From a virus (lineage: Duplodnaviria; Caudoviricetes): a stretch of 58,149 nt of DNA. Shown here piece by piece: positions 37,173-46,287 of this stretch (position 1 is its first letter; each line of letters begins with the position of its first letter). A program made the position numbers and the translations under genes. The stretch covers positions 1 to 58,149 of IMG/VR virus record IMGVR_UViG_3300020470_000561; one strand, written 5' to 3'. The notes beneath the pieces were generated by a model. That model worked only from the letters and a program-made list of their open reading frames with translations. It had not been told where the DNA came from and made no database searches.

Positions 37173-39734
37173 CTAAGTTAACATTGGTGACGTAGGTGAG
37201 TACACAGGAATAACATTAGTACCACCACTGTTATTTATTACCTGTTCAGTAACAACTGTGGTTTCACCCTTCATGACTAATGGCATCATCTCCTCATCCT
37301 TATCCCTGAATGCTTTCTCTTTTATTTTCTTAGCAATACGCTTCAGATTAGCATGCTTAGGATCGATCTTGAGTTGAGGAATAACCTTCCCATAACTCTT
37401 ATTCCAAAGACCAACAAGACCATCAAGTGCTTTCTTTGCACCATCTTTAATAGGTTCTATTACATGTGGTGGATCAAAAGATAATTCCTTAGCTGGTTGA
37501 GGTTGATCACCACCACCTGATCCAAATGGTGCTTCCTTATCATAGAAATCAAGTGGATTTACCCTTGATAATACATTTGTCTTAGGTCTACCAGTGTCTG
37601 CTGGATTCAATGCCATCTCCCAGTGAAGATGGGGTCCAGATGATCTACCAGTATTACCTGTATATCCTAATATTGTACCTTTAGATGTCTTATCCCCCTT
37701 CTTAAGTGTTGGCATCTTATCAAGATGAGCAAAGAAATGACCATATCCTTTACTATCTACCCAACTAATCCAGAATCCATATCCAGAATCCTTACCTACT
37801 GCATCAACGAATCCATCTGACATTGCGTGTAATGCTTCACCTACCTCTGTAGCAATATCAACTCCCATGTGCATACCAGGAGATAAAGCGAATCCCCTTT
37901 GACCCATCTCTGAAGTTACTATGTGTCCTCCTTCTGCCATTGCTGGTGCAAATAATGCACTACCTGCCAGCATTGCTCCTGCTATACCTGATACTAAACC
38001 GCCCATACTATAAGACTCCTGTGGTGTTGTTACTGGATAAATGTCTTTCATTGTACCATAAACTGGTACGGCACCGCCCTCTGATTTTTCTTGTCCTACT
38101 TGTAGGACTTTACCTCTAGTCCTTATGACCTTCCACGCAAACCCTATAGGGTTCTTAGCGAATGCCACAAGATTCTTCACACCATTGATAACTCTTTCAA
38201 TGATCCATTTAATTGCATCAACAGCAGCACCAAAAACGAAAGCGACAAAATCCCCTAACATTTTAGCACCTTTCATCAATAAGTCACCTATTCCACTAAG
38301 GAATCCCATCAATGCATCAAAGGTCTCTTTAAATGGTGCAAAGACCTCCTTCATAACACCCCATACAACCGTGTAATACATCTTAAATGCCTTACCAATA
38401 GGTCCAAATATAGGTTCTATGATTGGTCCTATCTTCTTTCCTGCCCATTCACCTAAGAAACCACCAATAGCATTACCAACGATAGGTGCAAATGGACCTA
38501 GGAATGGACCTAGTAACGCAGTACCTACTGCACCACCTATCAAACCACCTGCTGCCTGTCCAACACCTGCACCTATAGCAGCAGACTTCTTCTCACCTGA
38601 TGCTATACCTGTTGCTATACGTGTGGCACCACCTAATACCGATAGACCTCCTGCTGCTGCACCTGGTCTTGCCTTTGCAAACTTACCTATCTTACCAAAA
38701 CCTTTCTTGCCGAATTTGAGTCCTTTCTTACCCATTATTCGACCACGTTGCTTCAACTTACTGAGTGGTCCTTTGTTTGCCCCTTTAAATTGTCCTTGGA
38801 ATCTATCTTGTGCTTTTTTCTGATATAGATCAGACTTAAACCCTTTACCTGCACCCTTAGCTCTCTTAGCATCTGCTCTCTTAGCAGACTTCTGGATCTG
38901 ATCGTACTCTTCCTTACTGTATATTACACCTGTCTTCTTATCTCTATATCCTGTACGTCTTGCAGCAGCACTCTGCTTTATCTCTTCTTGTGTTTGAGTA
39001 TTCCTAGCAAATGTCTCTCTAACACCATTAAAATCTTGTATTGCCTTCCATGGCATTATTAAGTATTGTGCTGTCTTAAATGCAGCAATACCACCTAATA
39101 ACTGGAGTACTCCTAATACTCCCCTTAGTCCTCTCTTAACAGGATTCTCATCAAATGCACCAAATATATTGGTGAGTCCATTCATTATGCCATTGATACC
39201 AAATCCCAGTATCGCAAACGCAAACTTACCAATAGCAAATACCAATTTGAATATCTTCTCTGCCGACCCTGGCATCTTATCCATCCAGTCGAAGATACCG
39301 TACAATATAAAACCGCTTATAATGGCATCTAAAAACCCAAAGATCCTTTTCAGGAATCCTTGCAATGGTCCTTTAATCTCCCTAAAGCGTTTCTTTACAG
39401 GTTTATCTGCTTCCTTCTCTGCTTCCTCTAATGTCTTCTCTACCTTATCTCTCTTCTTCTTTCGGAACATCTTCCGAAATGAATCAACACTCTTCTGCCA
39501 TAAATTCTTCTTCTTTTTATCCTTAGTATCTAATGCCTCGGTCTTCTCTGCTATATCCTTGCGGAGCCAGTCACGTTGAAACTCAATGATAGTATTGGTT
39601 TCAAAGAAATTATTAGCAATGCCCTCTGTTACAACACCTGTACGATTGATTCCCTTACGGATCTCATTGAAGTCTGCATCTAACTTGCTAGAAATCTTAA
39701 ATGGTTTAATTGTAACAAACGATTTAATTGCCAT
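37173..39734 (-). CDS. tape measure-like protein 1 with C-terminal M23 peptidase domain
   Basis: Helical Gly/Ala repeats; HMGVD, GYG, FAHL and GNTGRSSGPHLHWE. Confidence 0.8.
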   Translation of the reverse strand: MAIKSFVTIKPFKISSKLDADFNEIRKGINRTGVVTEGIANNFFETNTIIEFQRDWLRKDIAEKTEALDTKDKKKKNLWQKSVDSFRKMFRKKKRDKVEKTLEEAEKEADKPVKKRFREIKGPLQGFLKRIFGFLDAIISGFILYGIFDWMDKMPGSAEKIFKLVFAIGKFAFAILGFGINGIMNGLTNIFGAFDENPVKRGLRGVLGVLQLLGGIAAFKTAQYLIMPWKAIQDFNGVRETFARNTQTQEEIKQSAAARRTGYRDKKTGVIYSKEEYDQIQKSAKRADAKRAKGAGKGFKSDLYQKKAQDRFQGQFKGANKGPLSKLKQRGRIMGKKGLKFGKKGFGKIGKFAKARPGAAAGGLSVLGGATRIATGIASGEKKSAAIGAGVGQAAGGLIGGAVGTALLGPFLGPFAPIVGNAIGGFLGEWAGKKIGPIIEPIFGPIGKAFKMYYTVVWGVMKEVFAPFKETFDALMGFLSGIGDLLMKGAKMLGDFVAFVFGAAVDAIKWIIERVINGVKNLVAFAKNPIGFAWKVIRTRGKVLQVGQEKSEGGAVPVYGTMKDIYPVTTPQESYSMGGLVSGIAGAMLAGSALFAPAMAEGGHIVTSEMGQRGFALSPGMHMGVDIATEVGEALHAMSDGFVDAVGKDSGYGFWISWVDSKGYGHFFAHLDKMPTLKKGDKTSKGTILGYTGNTGRSSGPHLHWEMALNPADTGRPKTNVLSRVNPLDFYDKEAPFGSGGGDQPQPAKELSFDPPHVIEPIKDGAKKALDGLVGLWNKSYGKVIPQLKIDPKHANLKRIAKKIKEKAFRDKDEEMMPLVMKGETTVVTEQVINNSGGTNVIPVYSPTSPMLT

Positions 39735-39920
39735 TTAAAGGGACATCTTGTTTTCTTCTGATTTTTGTCTTCTTTCTTCCTCTTGTATATGAGCAATAAG
39801 AAGATTCACATAAACATCACGTTCCCAAGGCATCATATTTTCCAACTCTGTTAGAGAATACTTGTGGTGTTGCATTAATGCAAAGTTAGTCTTGTAGTAA
39901 TTCTCAAGACTATCATGCAT
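39735..39920 (-). CDS. gp51: gp51-like baseplate hub assembly protein; probably made as the -1 frameshift extension of gp26
   Basis: SLENYYKTNFALMQHHKYSLTELENMMPWERDVY motif; no SD, and the ATG is buried in a hairpin. Confidence 0.85.
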   Translation of the reverse strand: MHDSLENYYKTNFALMQHHKYSLTELENMMPWERDVYVNLLIAHIQEEERRQKSEENKMSL

Positions 39921-39938
39921 TAGGGCTACTCGAAAAAA
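39876..39938 (-). other. candidate -1 programmed ribosomal frameshift signal (T TTT TTC plus downstream hairpin)
   Basis: Heptamer at 39932-39938; the -1 frame reads F-F-R-V-A-L-M into gp51; 7+8 bp hairpin at 39876-39922 starting 9 nt downstream. Confidence 0.7.
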
Positions 39939-40630
39939 GATGCTAGACCTTCTAACTGTAGCTCACTGGTGACCTTAGTTTTAGGGTTATAAACTGGAAT
40001 AGTATACGATAACTTAGGCATTGTTTGGAAGAAATCTTGTACCTTCTGGAATTGCTCAGAGTTGAGTCCTTCTAAGAAGTCAAGTGCTTCTGCCTTAGTA
40101 AAGGTATCATATACCTCTTCTTTATCCCATACTTGGTCTATACAACCAGCAGCAAGTTTAAAGATATCATCAATGTCTGGATTTTCAGTAAGATTCTGTT
40201 GAATGAATACATCCAATGATGGATATTTCATTTTAATACCTACACTATCATCTAACTGAATTTTGCTAGTATGACCTTCTGGTACAACTACTCCTACCTT
40301 CTCCAATGGTATACTCACATCGACCTTTGTTTCATCATCATCTGGTGCAGTAATCTTAAATTCACTGACCTCACCAACTGCCTTAGATCTGATCTTAAGG
40401 AAGATATATTCAATCTCGAAAGTTGCGAGATCTTCAACTTTTCCTTTCAAACTGGTGCAGTTTTTAATAATTGTCTTCACTGCTTTAATCATCTCTTTGT
40501 CGTTATTCGACTCCATAGCGAGATAAAGCAATTTCTCCTCTTTCACTAGAAAGGGACGGTATGTTAATTTCTTGCCTGTAATAGGCAGTTCCATTTCATA
40601 CTCAGGTATGGCTAACTTGGGTAAAGGCAT
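39926..40630 (-). CDS. gp26: baseplate hub subunit gp26-like (candidate tail assembly chaperone)
   Basis: MPLPKL..P.Y, YRPFLVKEEK, EYIFLKIRSKAVGE, MKYP, FFQTMPKL, LEGLASFF. Confidence 0.9.
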   Translation of the reverse strand: MPLPKLAIPEYEMELPITGKKLTYRPFLVKEEKLLYLAMESNNDKEMIKAVKTIIKNCTSLKGKVEDLATFEIEYIFLKIRSKAVGEVSEFKITAPDDDETKVDVSIPLEKVGVVVPEGHTSKIQLDDSVGIKMKYPSLDVFIQQNLTENPDIDDIFKLAAGCIDQVWDKEEVYDTFTKAEALDFLEGLNSEQFQKVQDFFQTMPKLSYTIPVYNPKTKVTSELQLEGLASFFE

Positions 40631-40654
40631 AACGATTAATTATATTATCTTTAT

Positions 40655-41383
40655 TTAGACACCATATCGAGCAACATCTTTTTGCTCAACATCATATCCC
40701 ATTATATTGGCACTTTCATTGAAGAAGTTGATATGACGATCACCTGAATCAAATCTAGTACCTTCACCACCAATAGTGTCAAATCTATATCTCTCGTAGT
40801 AGAAAGATACATCTAACTTTAACATATCAGTTTGTCCATTATTAAAACTAAGTGCTGACATATCATATGGGAATGCCCCAAACATCTGCCAAACACCTGT
40901 TGCTCTATTTAATCTCTGTTGATAAGGTTTCCCTAATTGTGTACGTCCATTCCATACTATATTAGATCCTAACTCCCACTTACATATTAATATATTAGTT
41001 ACATATTCGTCGTATATTGTTACTCTATTCTCTGCATCACTAGCAGTATATTGCATCCACTTCTCAAATAATTCTCTATGTATTAAATCTTTTGTAACGA
41101 TAAATGACACGTTAAGATCTGTAGCAGCAGTATCAGTAGCAAAATTACGTTGCTGTCCTACATCTCTTATCTGACCAGTAGTAATTCTTTTTCCTGGTAC
41201 TGTTACATCATCAGCGAAGTAATTAATAGACTCAAATACATCCCTGCCTCTTGATCTCAATACCCTATCGTTCAGCATAAGTGCTTGGGGTAAATCCATC
41301 CTCACTGAGTATAGATTACTCCTTGCTGGCTCTTTAGCTCCACTCGCTACTAACTCACGGAACTTGGTAAAACTATTTGCCAT
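40655..41383 (-). CDS. tail-tube-family baseplate protein (gp54-like tube initiator)
   Basis: ARSNLY, VTVPG, FEKW, AFP, L.VSF.Y motifs of gp19/gp54-fold proteins. Confidence 0.7.
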   Translation of the reverse strand: MANSFTKFRELVASGAKEPARSNLYSVRMDLPQALMLNDRVLRSRGRDVFESINYFADDVTVPGKRITTGQIRDVGQQRNFATDTAATDLNVSFIVTKDLIHRELFEKWMQYTASDAENRVTIYDEYVTNILICKWELGSNIVWNGRTQLGKPYQQRLNRATGVWQMFGAFPYDMSALSFNNGQTDMLKLDVSFYYERYRFDTIGGEGTRFDSGDRHINFFNESANIMGYDVEQKDVARYGV

Positions 41384-41862
41384 TACTTAAGTCTACTCCA
41401 TATAATCCGACTAGGTACCTCCAATGTTTTCCCTAATCCAGGCGGTTGTATAACAAACTGTTCAACAGGTAGTGGAGTCATCTCCTCCAACTCATTTTGA
41501 GGGACATTGTACACACTTGTACATGAATTCATAAAGTATTTATGATGGCAACGCATAGGATATGAAATACTACCAGCAGCCCATGTATTTGCCATACTTT
41601 TCCTACTACTAGGTCTTAAATAATGTAAATTACCACCTGAAAATTGCATCTTATCGTAGTCTACATCAGTAATCCTGACCATAGGGAATGTATCCCAAAA
41701 TGGTAAGTTAGGTGTCTGTGCTGAATAATTGAAAAATATAATATCACCCACAGTAAAGAAACCAGTATATGATTCCAATCCATACTGCAACTGCTCTCGG
41801 TACCATGACTTACTCTGCACGGCACCTCCTGCTAAATCTTTAATGTCTGTGAAAATACTCAT
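41383..41862 (-). CDS. gp2: DNA end protector protein gp2
   Basis: WY, F.Y.A....LPFWDTFP, GNLHYL, H.Y, LPVEQF. Confidence 0.85.
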   Translation of the reverse strand: MSIFTDIKDLAGGAVQSKSWYREQLQYGLESYTGFFTVGDIIFFNYSAQTPNLPFWDTFPMVRITDVDYDKMQFSGGNLHYLRPSSRKSMANTWAAGSISYPMRCHHKYFMNSCTSVYNVPQNELEEMTPLPVEQFVIQPPGLGKTLEVPSRIIWSRLK

Positions 41863-42293
41863 ACTCCTAGATGATGCTCCGTCAGTACCAAGAATGTCAT
41901 TCTACGGTCTGCACAATATGCCCTCGCTGCTCTCCATTTTGCCTGATTCACAGTATATGTCTTTACCTCAGTTAAAAAGGTCTTAGACTTCTGTTTTTTA
42001 CGTTTCGGTGGGAGAGTTTGTTTATAAGGTTTAATTTCGATAATGCTCTTTGCGAGTCTTCCGTCCTTTGTCCTCGCTTTAACATAGAAATCGGGATAAT
42101 ACCTATGAGGACGATTATCCACAGGACTACGGTAAGGGATGATAATTTCTTCACTGCCCCACTCCAATACGTTTACATTCTTATCACACCAGTGCATGAA
42201 TTTTTTTTCCCACAAACTCCTATAAATAATCCTAGTGGGATCACCTTTATACTTATGTCTATTTTGAGGTCTGTAGATTCCTTTATAAGCCAT
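41859..42293 (-). CDS. gp4: head completion protein gp4
   Basis: MAYKG.Y.P.N..KYKGD...I.YRSLWE, WGSEE..IPY, HRYYPDF, EIKP, NQAKW; start trimmed to 42293. Confidence 0.93.
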   Translation of the reverse strand: MAYKGIYRPQNRHKYKGDPTRIIYRSLWEKKFMHWCDKNVNVLEWGSEEIIIPYRSPVDNRPHRYYPDFYVKARTKDGRLAKSIIEIKPYKQTLPPKRKKQKSKTFLTEVKTYTVNQAKWRAARAYCADRRMTFLVLTEHHLGV

Positions 42294-43413
42294 GACGTTA
42301 GTATTCCCAACAGCCAAACCGTTAGGAGCCAATAATCGTAATAGCAGAGAAGCTATTAAAGATGAAGCAGCTTTCCCGACGAGAGTGGTTGACTACCTTA
42401 AAATAGATATTTATGGTCACGAGCACGATGAAATGCTTGATACCATATATTTGTATCTTCCCAACAAGTTAAGTGAAAAATATACAGCAGAATATGCAAA
42501 TGTCCAATTAGGTCCAGCAGGTGCAGCAGCAGTTGGTGCAGCACAGAAAATAGTCCAATCTGGTGGTGATTTTGAAGGTACATCATTTAAAGGTGAATTG
42601 AAACAATTCGCAAAAGCAGCAAAACCATCATTAGCATTTGGTGCTGGAGCAAAAGCAATTAGTGCAACAGTTGGTGTAACAGGACAAGGAATGCAAGGGA
42701 TGGATGCAAATGCTCTATCCGCACTTACACAGGGTAAGATCTTTAACCCTTATGAGGAAGCAATATTCAAAGGAACAAGTTTCAGGAATCACTCGTTCTC
42801 CTTCAAGATGCAACCAAGGAGTACTACTGATGTCCAGACCATATACCAAATAATCGACACATTCAGGAAAGCAATGCTTCCTGGAAAGGATGGTAATAAC
42901 TGGTTGACACTACCCGAGTACTTTAGAATCGCTGTGGTACGATATACCGATAATGGTAGAGATGAGACCATAGCAAACCCAGGATATGGTTCAGGTGGGG
43001 GTATGTTAAGTGCATTAATGCAATTCCCAACCAAAATGGTACTAAAAGGTGTAGATGTAGATCTATCACCTGATGGAAATTACTCATCACTACAATCTTG
43101 GACTCCAGGCAATAATTTAACCGATTTTGGTCCTGCGTCATATAATATGACCCTGAATTTCCAAGAGACATCCTTCCTTACAAAGGAATCTTTTGATAGT
43201 GTCACATCAAGGAATAGTGGTTATTTCAACATTGGAACTAACTCATTCCCATATCCAACAAATACCCCTCCTGGAACTCCTGCCCCAGCAAGGGAAAATC
43301 CCAATAATCCCAGATCTAGGTCAAATCCTAATTATTGGGCAAATCGTAGAGCATGGAGAAGGGGTGGCAGACGCAGAGTCGCTCCAGGAGCAACATCGAG
43401 GAGTGATACCTAA
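42292..43413 (+). CDS. gp48: baseplate tail tube cap gp48
   Basis: IYLYLP, NPYEE.IFKG..FR.HSFSFKM.PRS, I..FRK.M.P, L.FQE; precedes gp53. Confidence 0.85.
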   Translation: MTLVFPTAKPLGANNRNSREAIKDEAAFPTRVVDYLKIDIYGHEHDEMLDTIYLYLPNKLSEKYTAEYANVQLGPAGAAAVGAAQKIVQSGGDFEGTSFKGELKQFAKAAKPSLAFGAGAKAISATVGVTGQGMQGMDANALSALTQGKIFNPYEEAIFKGTSFRNHSFSFKMQPRSTTDVQTIYQIIDTFRKAMLPGKDGNNWLTLPEYFRIAVVRYTDNGRDETIANPGYGSGGGMLSALMQFPTKMVLKGVDVDLSPDGNYSSLQSWTPGNNLTDFGPASYNMTLNFQETSFLTKESFDSVTSRNSGYFNIGTNSFPYPTNTPPGTPAPARENPNNPRSRSNPNYWANRRAWRRGGRRRVAPGATSRSDT

Positions 43414-44288
43414 TGTCAAATTACTTCAAATTTCTACCTGATGTCTATGTAAGGACATCCAGTTATAGACAGAATAATGTAGATCCTTATACTTTAGGTA
43501 AGAATCTCTTTAGAAGAATTAAAATCAAAGATAACCTAGAAGACTCTATTTTAGGTTTTACGCAATATACGATTCCAAACGGTTTAAGACCAGATCAGGT
43601 TGCATTGGAATTCTATGGTGATATGTCAATGGACTGGGTGGTACTACTGACCAATAATATCATCAATGTGTATGAAGATTGGCCCATGGAAGAAAATGAG
43701 TTATATGAGTATCTTGTAAGTACCTATGGAAGTGAGGATGCAGCAAATGATATACATCACTGGGAAACTCAAAGAATTAAGGATCCTAGAGGAAGAGTGG
43801 TTTTAAAAGATGGTATTCAAGTACCAGAAAACTTCACATATCGCTTTGCTGACGGTACTCTCTATGATAAGGAAGCAACCGTTAGACCTGTTTCTAACTA
43901 TGAATACCATGCTGAGATAAATGAGCAAAAACGCAATATTTACCTTTTAAAGCGAGAATACCTAGGAGCGTTTGTAGAGGAATTTGAGACATTAGTCCAA
44001 TATCTTCCAAATCAAGAAACTGAAGAATTCGAGCAAATCAAGCTTTCTAGAGATACTGTCCAAGAGCAGTTTATCAACGTTAAACCAACATATAGCACAA
44101 ATATCGGTCAGACCAGTTCTATCGAATTTGCTGCTCAAGAGGATTACTCATCTAGGATATTTGACACTAATGGTGATACTATCCAAGAAGGTGACGTATT
44201 AGCAGATGGAAGCACAGTGGCAGTAACCACAGCAGGTCAAGTGGACAATACTACCAGTCAGAATGCATTTGGGTCTAGTGGGTATTAA
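43413..44288 (+). CDS. gp53: baseplate wedge subunit gp53
   Basis: YFKFLP, NLFRR, RPDQVA..FYG...DWVVLL.NNI.N...DWP, HHWET, NEQKRNI.LLK. Confidence 0.92.
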   Translation: MSNYFKFLPDVYVRTSSYRQNNVDPYTLGKNLFRRIKIKDNLEDSILGFTQYTIPNGLRPDQVALEFYGDMSMDWVVLLTNNIINVYEDWPMEENELYEYLVSTYGSEDAANDIHHWETQRIKDPRGRVVLKDGIQVPENFTYRFADGTLYDKEATVRPVSNYEYHAEINEQKRNIYLLKREYLGAFVEEFETLVQYLPNQETEEFEQIKLSRDTVQEQFINVKPTYSTNIGQTSSIEFAAQEDYSSRIFDTNGDTIQEGDVLADGSTVAVTTAGQVDNTTSQNAFGSSGY

Positions 44289-44309
44289 TACTTAGCGACC
44301 CCTACAGAC

Positions 44310-44342
44310 AAAAAAATACCCCCGATTTTTTCGGGGGTTTTG
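44310..44342. terminator. bidirectional rho-independent terminator
   Basis: ACCCCCGA-TTTTT-TCGGGGGT flanked by A and T runs, between convergent genes. Confidence 0.85.
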
Positions 44343-44367
44343 CTTGTTCAAAAAGTCGAATAATATA

Positions 44368-44706
44368 TCAACATCTGTACCAACGAATCTCAGACCACGA
44401 CTTCATGTACCCATCCTGATAATACTCATCACCATTGGATAGCCTGCCCCAATGACCAGGCACCCACTTCTCATAATCTACTACTCTTTCACACTTCCTG
44501 TATCTTGGTCTGTGACGATGACGATGACCATCATGCCAGTGCCCACCTCCATTCCAATCATAGAATTGTCCATGATGGTGTCCATGAGCATGTCCATGGT
44601 GGTATGATTCCGCAAATGGCTCCCAAAACTCTTTCCAGGTCAATGCCTCTGCTCTGGCAGGTGCTGCTAGGGGGAATAATAGGAGCAAAAATGCGAATCG
44701 TTTCAT
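44368..44706 (-). CDS. secreted His-rich protein
   Basis: Signal peptide MKRFAFLLLLFPLAAPARA; HHGHAHGHHH, HRHRH and WVPGHW. Confidence 0.75.
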   Translation of the reverse strand: MKRFAFLLLLFPLAAPARAEALTWKEFWEPFAESYHHGHAHGHHHGQFYDWNGGGHWHDGHRHRHRPRYRKCERVVDYEKWVPGHWGRLSNGDEYYQDGYMKSWSEIRWYRC

Positions 44707-45623
44707 CAGTCTTCGTTGGCTAGGGATGCGAAGTAAGAAAGGTCGGGAGAATCCTCTGCCCCTTCTAACTCTTCTACTTTAGCACCAAACCCTGTGGTTT
44801 TGGTGGGAGTAGGGTCCGCTTTAACAACTGGACTAGCAAGAGGTACTAAATCCTCTTCTTCCTCGTTGGTTTGTACTACAGGTCTTGTTGACTTGTTAAG
44901 CACAATATTCAGACGTGCTGATAACTCCTCATAACTCTTGAAGTTCTTAAGGTCAGTAAACTCTTTAAGAGAATACTGTGACTTCCAGACCTTCTCAAGT
45001 GCATCATCTTCTAGTCCACCTAGGACTGATGGTGCATCAAATTCACTCTTATCATAGTTCCAGTATCCACCAATGGTCTGGATTTTAATCTTAAAGTTAG
45101 CACCCTTCCATAGATCGAAAGGATTTATTGGAGTTTCATCTTCAAACTGTGGTTGCATTGCTGATGCAATCTTGTCATGAATTTTCTTACCATACTTATA
45201 TAAGAATACTTTACCTTCATTCTCAGGATGAAGTTGATCCTTAACAACATAGATGTTACTATAATAAGAAAGCTTACGCTTTTGCTTACGTGCAGTATCT
45301 TTATCTGCATCTAGTCCACTATTCCATAGTGTCCTATTCAATTCACCTACAGGATCCTTTTGGTTAAGTGTGGTGAGAGAATTCTCAATGTACCAACCAC
45401 CTGGTCCTTGAAATGCATGACTCCATACCTGTGCCCAAGGGAGATCTTCTCCATCTGGCTCTGGTAGGAAACGAATAACGGCATAACCGTTACCACTCTT
45501 ATCTACCTCTGGTTTCCAGAGTCTTTCATCTGGACCACGCCCCTGAGGCTTGGACATGTTTTCAATCTGTTGTGTAAGCTTAGCAAACTTACCAGACTTG
45601 CTCTTTAAAGATGCGAATGACAT
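44706..45623 (-). CDS. gp32: single-stranded DNA-binding protein gp32
   Basis: DERLWK, GNGYAVIRFLP, GGWYIENSLTT, KRKLSYYSNI, NYDKSEF; acidic tail. Confidence 0.96.
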   Translation of the reverse strand: MSFASLKSKSGKFAKLTQQIENMSKPQGRGPDERLWKPEVDKSGNGYAVIRFLPEPDGEDLPWAQVWSHAFQGPGGWYIENSLTTLNQKDPVGELNRTLWNSGLDADKDTARKQKRKLSYYSNIYVVKDQLHPENEGKVFLYKYGKKIHDKIASAMQPQFEDETPINPFDLWKGANFKIKIQTIGGYWNYDKSEFDAPSVLGGLEDDALEKVWKSQYSLKEFTDLKNFKSYEELSARLNIVLNKSTRPVVQTNEEEEDLVPLASPVVKADPTPTKTTGFGAKVEELEGAEDSPDLSYFASLANED

Positions 45624-45667
45624 TAGTATTTGTCTCCGAAGTTGTATTGTGATATTGCCACTGGATT

Positions 45668-45696
45668 ATAGTAGCATACTATTTAGGCTGTGTCAA
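45668..45696 (-). promoter_or_regulatory. gp32 promoter TTGACA-N17-TACTAT with nested late box TAAATA
   Basis: Motifs read directly. Confidence 0.7.
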
Positions 45697-46045
45697 CACC
45701 CTGTTCTCTGAGATCCTTTCTCCATCCTCTTAGCTTCTCTTCCATGTGATCCAGTATCATAGTGAGGTTCATACCACCACTGAATTGACCTGACATCACT
45801 TCGATCCTTTCTTTGATTGCCTTTGCTGAGTCATCATCTTGTAACTCATTTGCTGCTAGTTGTAGTCTAGCATAGAATACTTTTTGTTTAGCAACCAACT
45901 CTAGTGTCTTCTCAATGTGATCTAGTCTCTCTTTAGGTGAGAAATCTGCTAGTCCTGAAGACATCTTCAGTAGTTCAGTATAACACTCTTGGATTTGCTC
46001 CAACTCTTTTTGTACTACATGTGATTTGAAAAAGTCGTCAGTCAT
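45683..46045 (-). CDS. conserved cyanophage hypothetical protein
   Basis: FFKS..VQKEL, KQKVFYARL; position between gp33 and gp32. Confidence 0.75.
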   Translation of the reverse strand: MTDDFFKSHVVQKELEQIQECYTELLKMSSGLADFSPKERLDHIEKTLELVAKQKVFYARLQLAANELQDDDSAKAIKERIEVMSGQFSGGMNLTMILDHMEEKLRGWRKDLREQGVDTA

Positions 46046-46287
46046 AGGTTTAATACCCCTCTACTTGTTCGTTTTATATAATTTAATTGTTGTGCATCCC
46101 ATTTAATTTTATCCTTGAGTGGTTTAGATATCAGTTTACCTACTGTCTCCACCTCAATCTCAAACTCTTCACAAACAGATGCTACTGCTTCTATGTAGTT
46201 GATCAATCCATTACTGGCTTTAACTCTATCTTCAACAAGGGAAGTAAACTTTCCTTGGGTCATAAATTTTTCTTCAATTTCCTTCAT
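46042..46287 (-). CDS. gp33: late transcription coactivator gp33
   Basis: NYIEAV..VCEE..IEVE...KLISKPLKDKI..DA..LNY.K; start trimmed to MKEIEEKF with GAGGAG RBS. Confidence 0.9.
   Translation of the reverse strand: MKEIEEKFMTQGKFTSLVEDRVKASNGLINYIEAVASVCEEFEIEVETVGKLISKPLKDKIKWDAQQLNYIKRTSRGVLNL

Noticed and set aside
37165-37180. Frameshift or readthrough joining the two tape-measure-like genes
   Set aside because: No slippery heptamer at the junction; a simple TAG-T-ATG arrangement fits translational coupling.
42294-42332. Longer gp4 start given by the track
   Set aside because: The family N-terminus is MAYKG at 42293; the extension is antisense to gp48.
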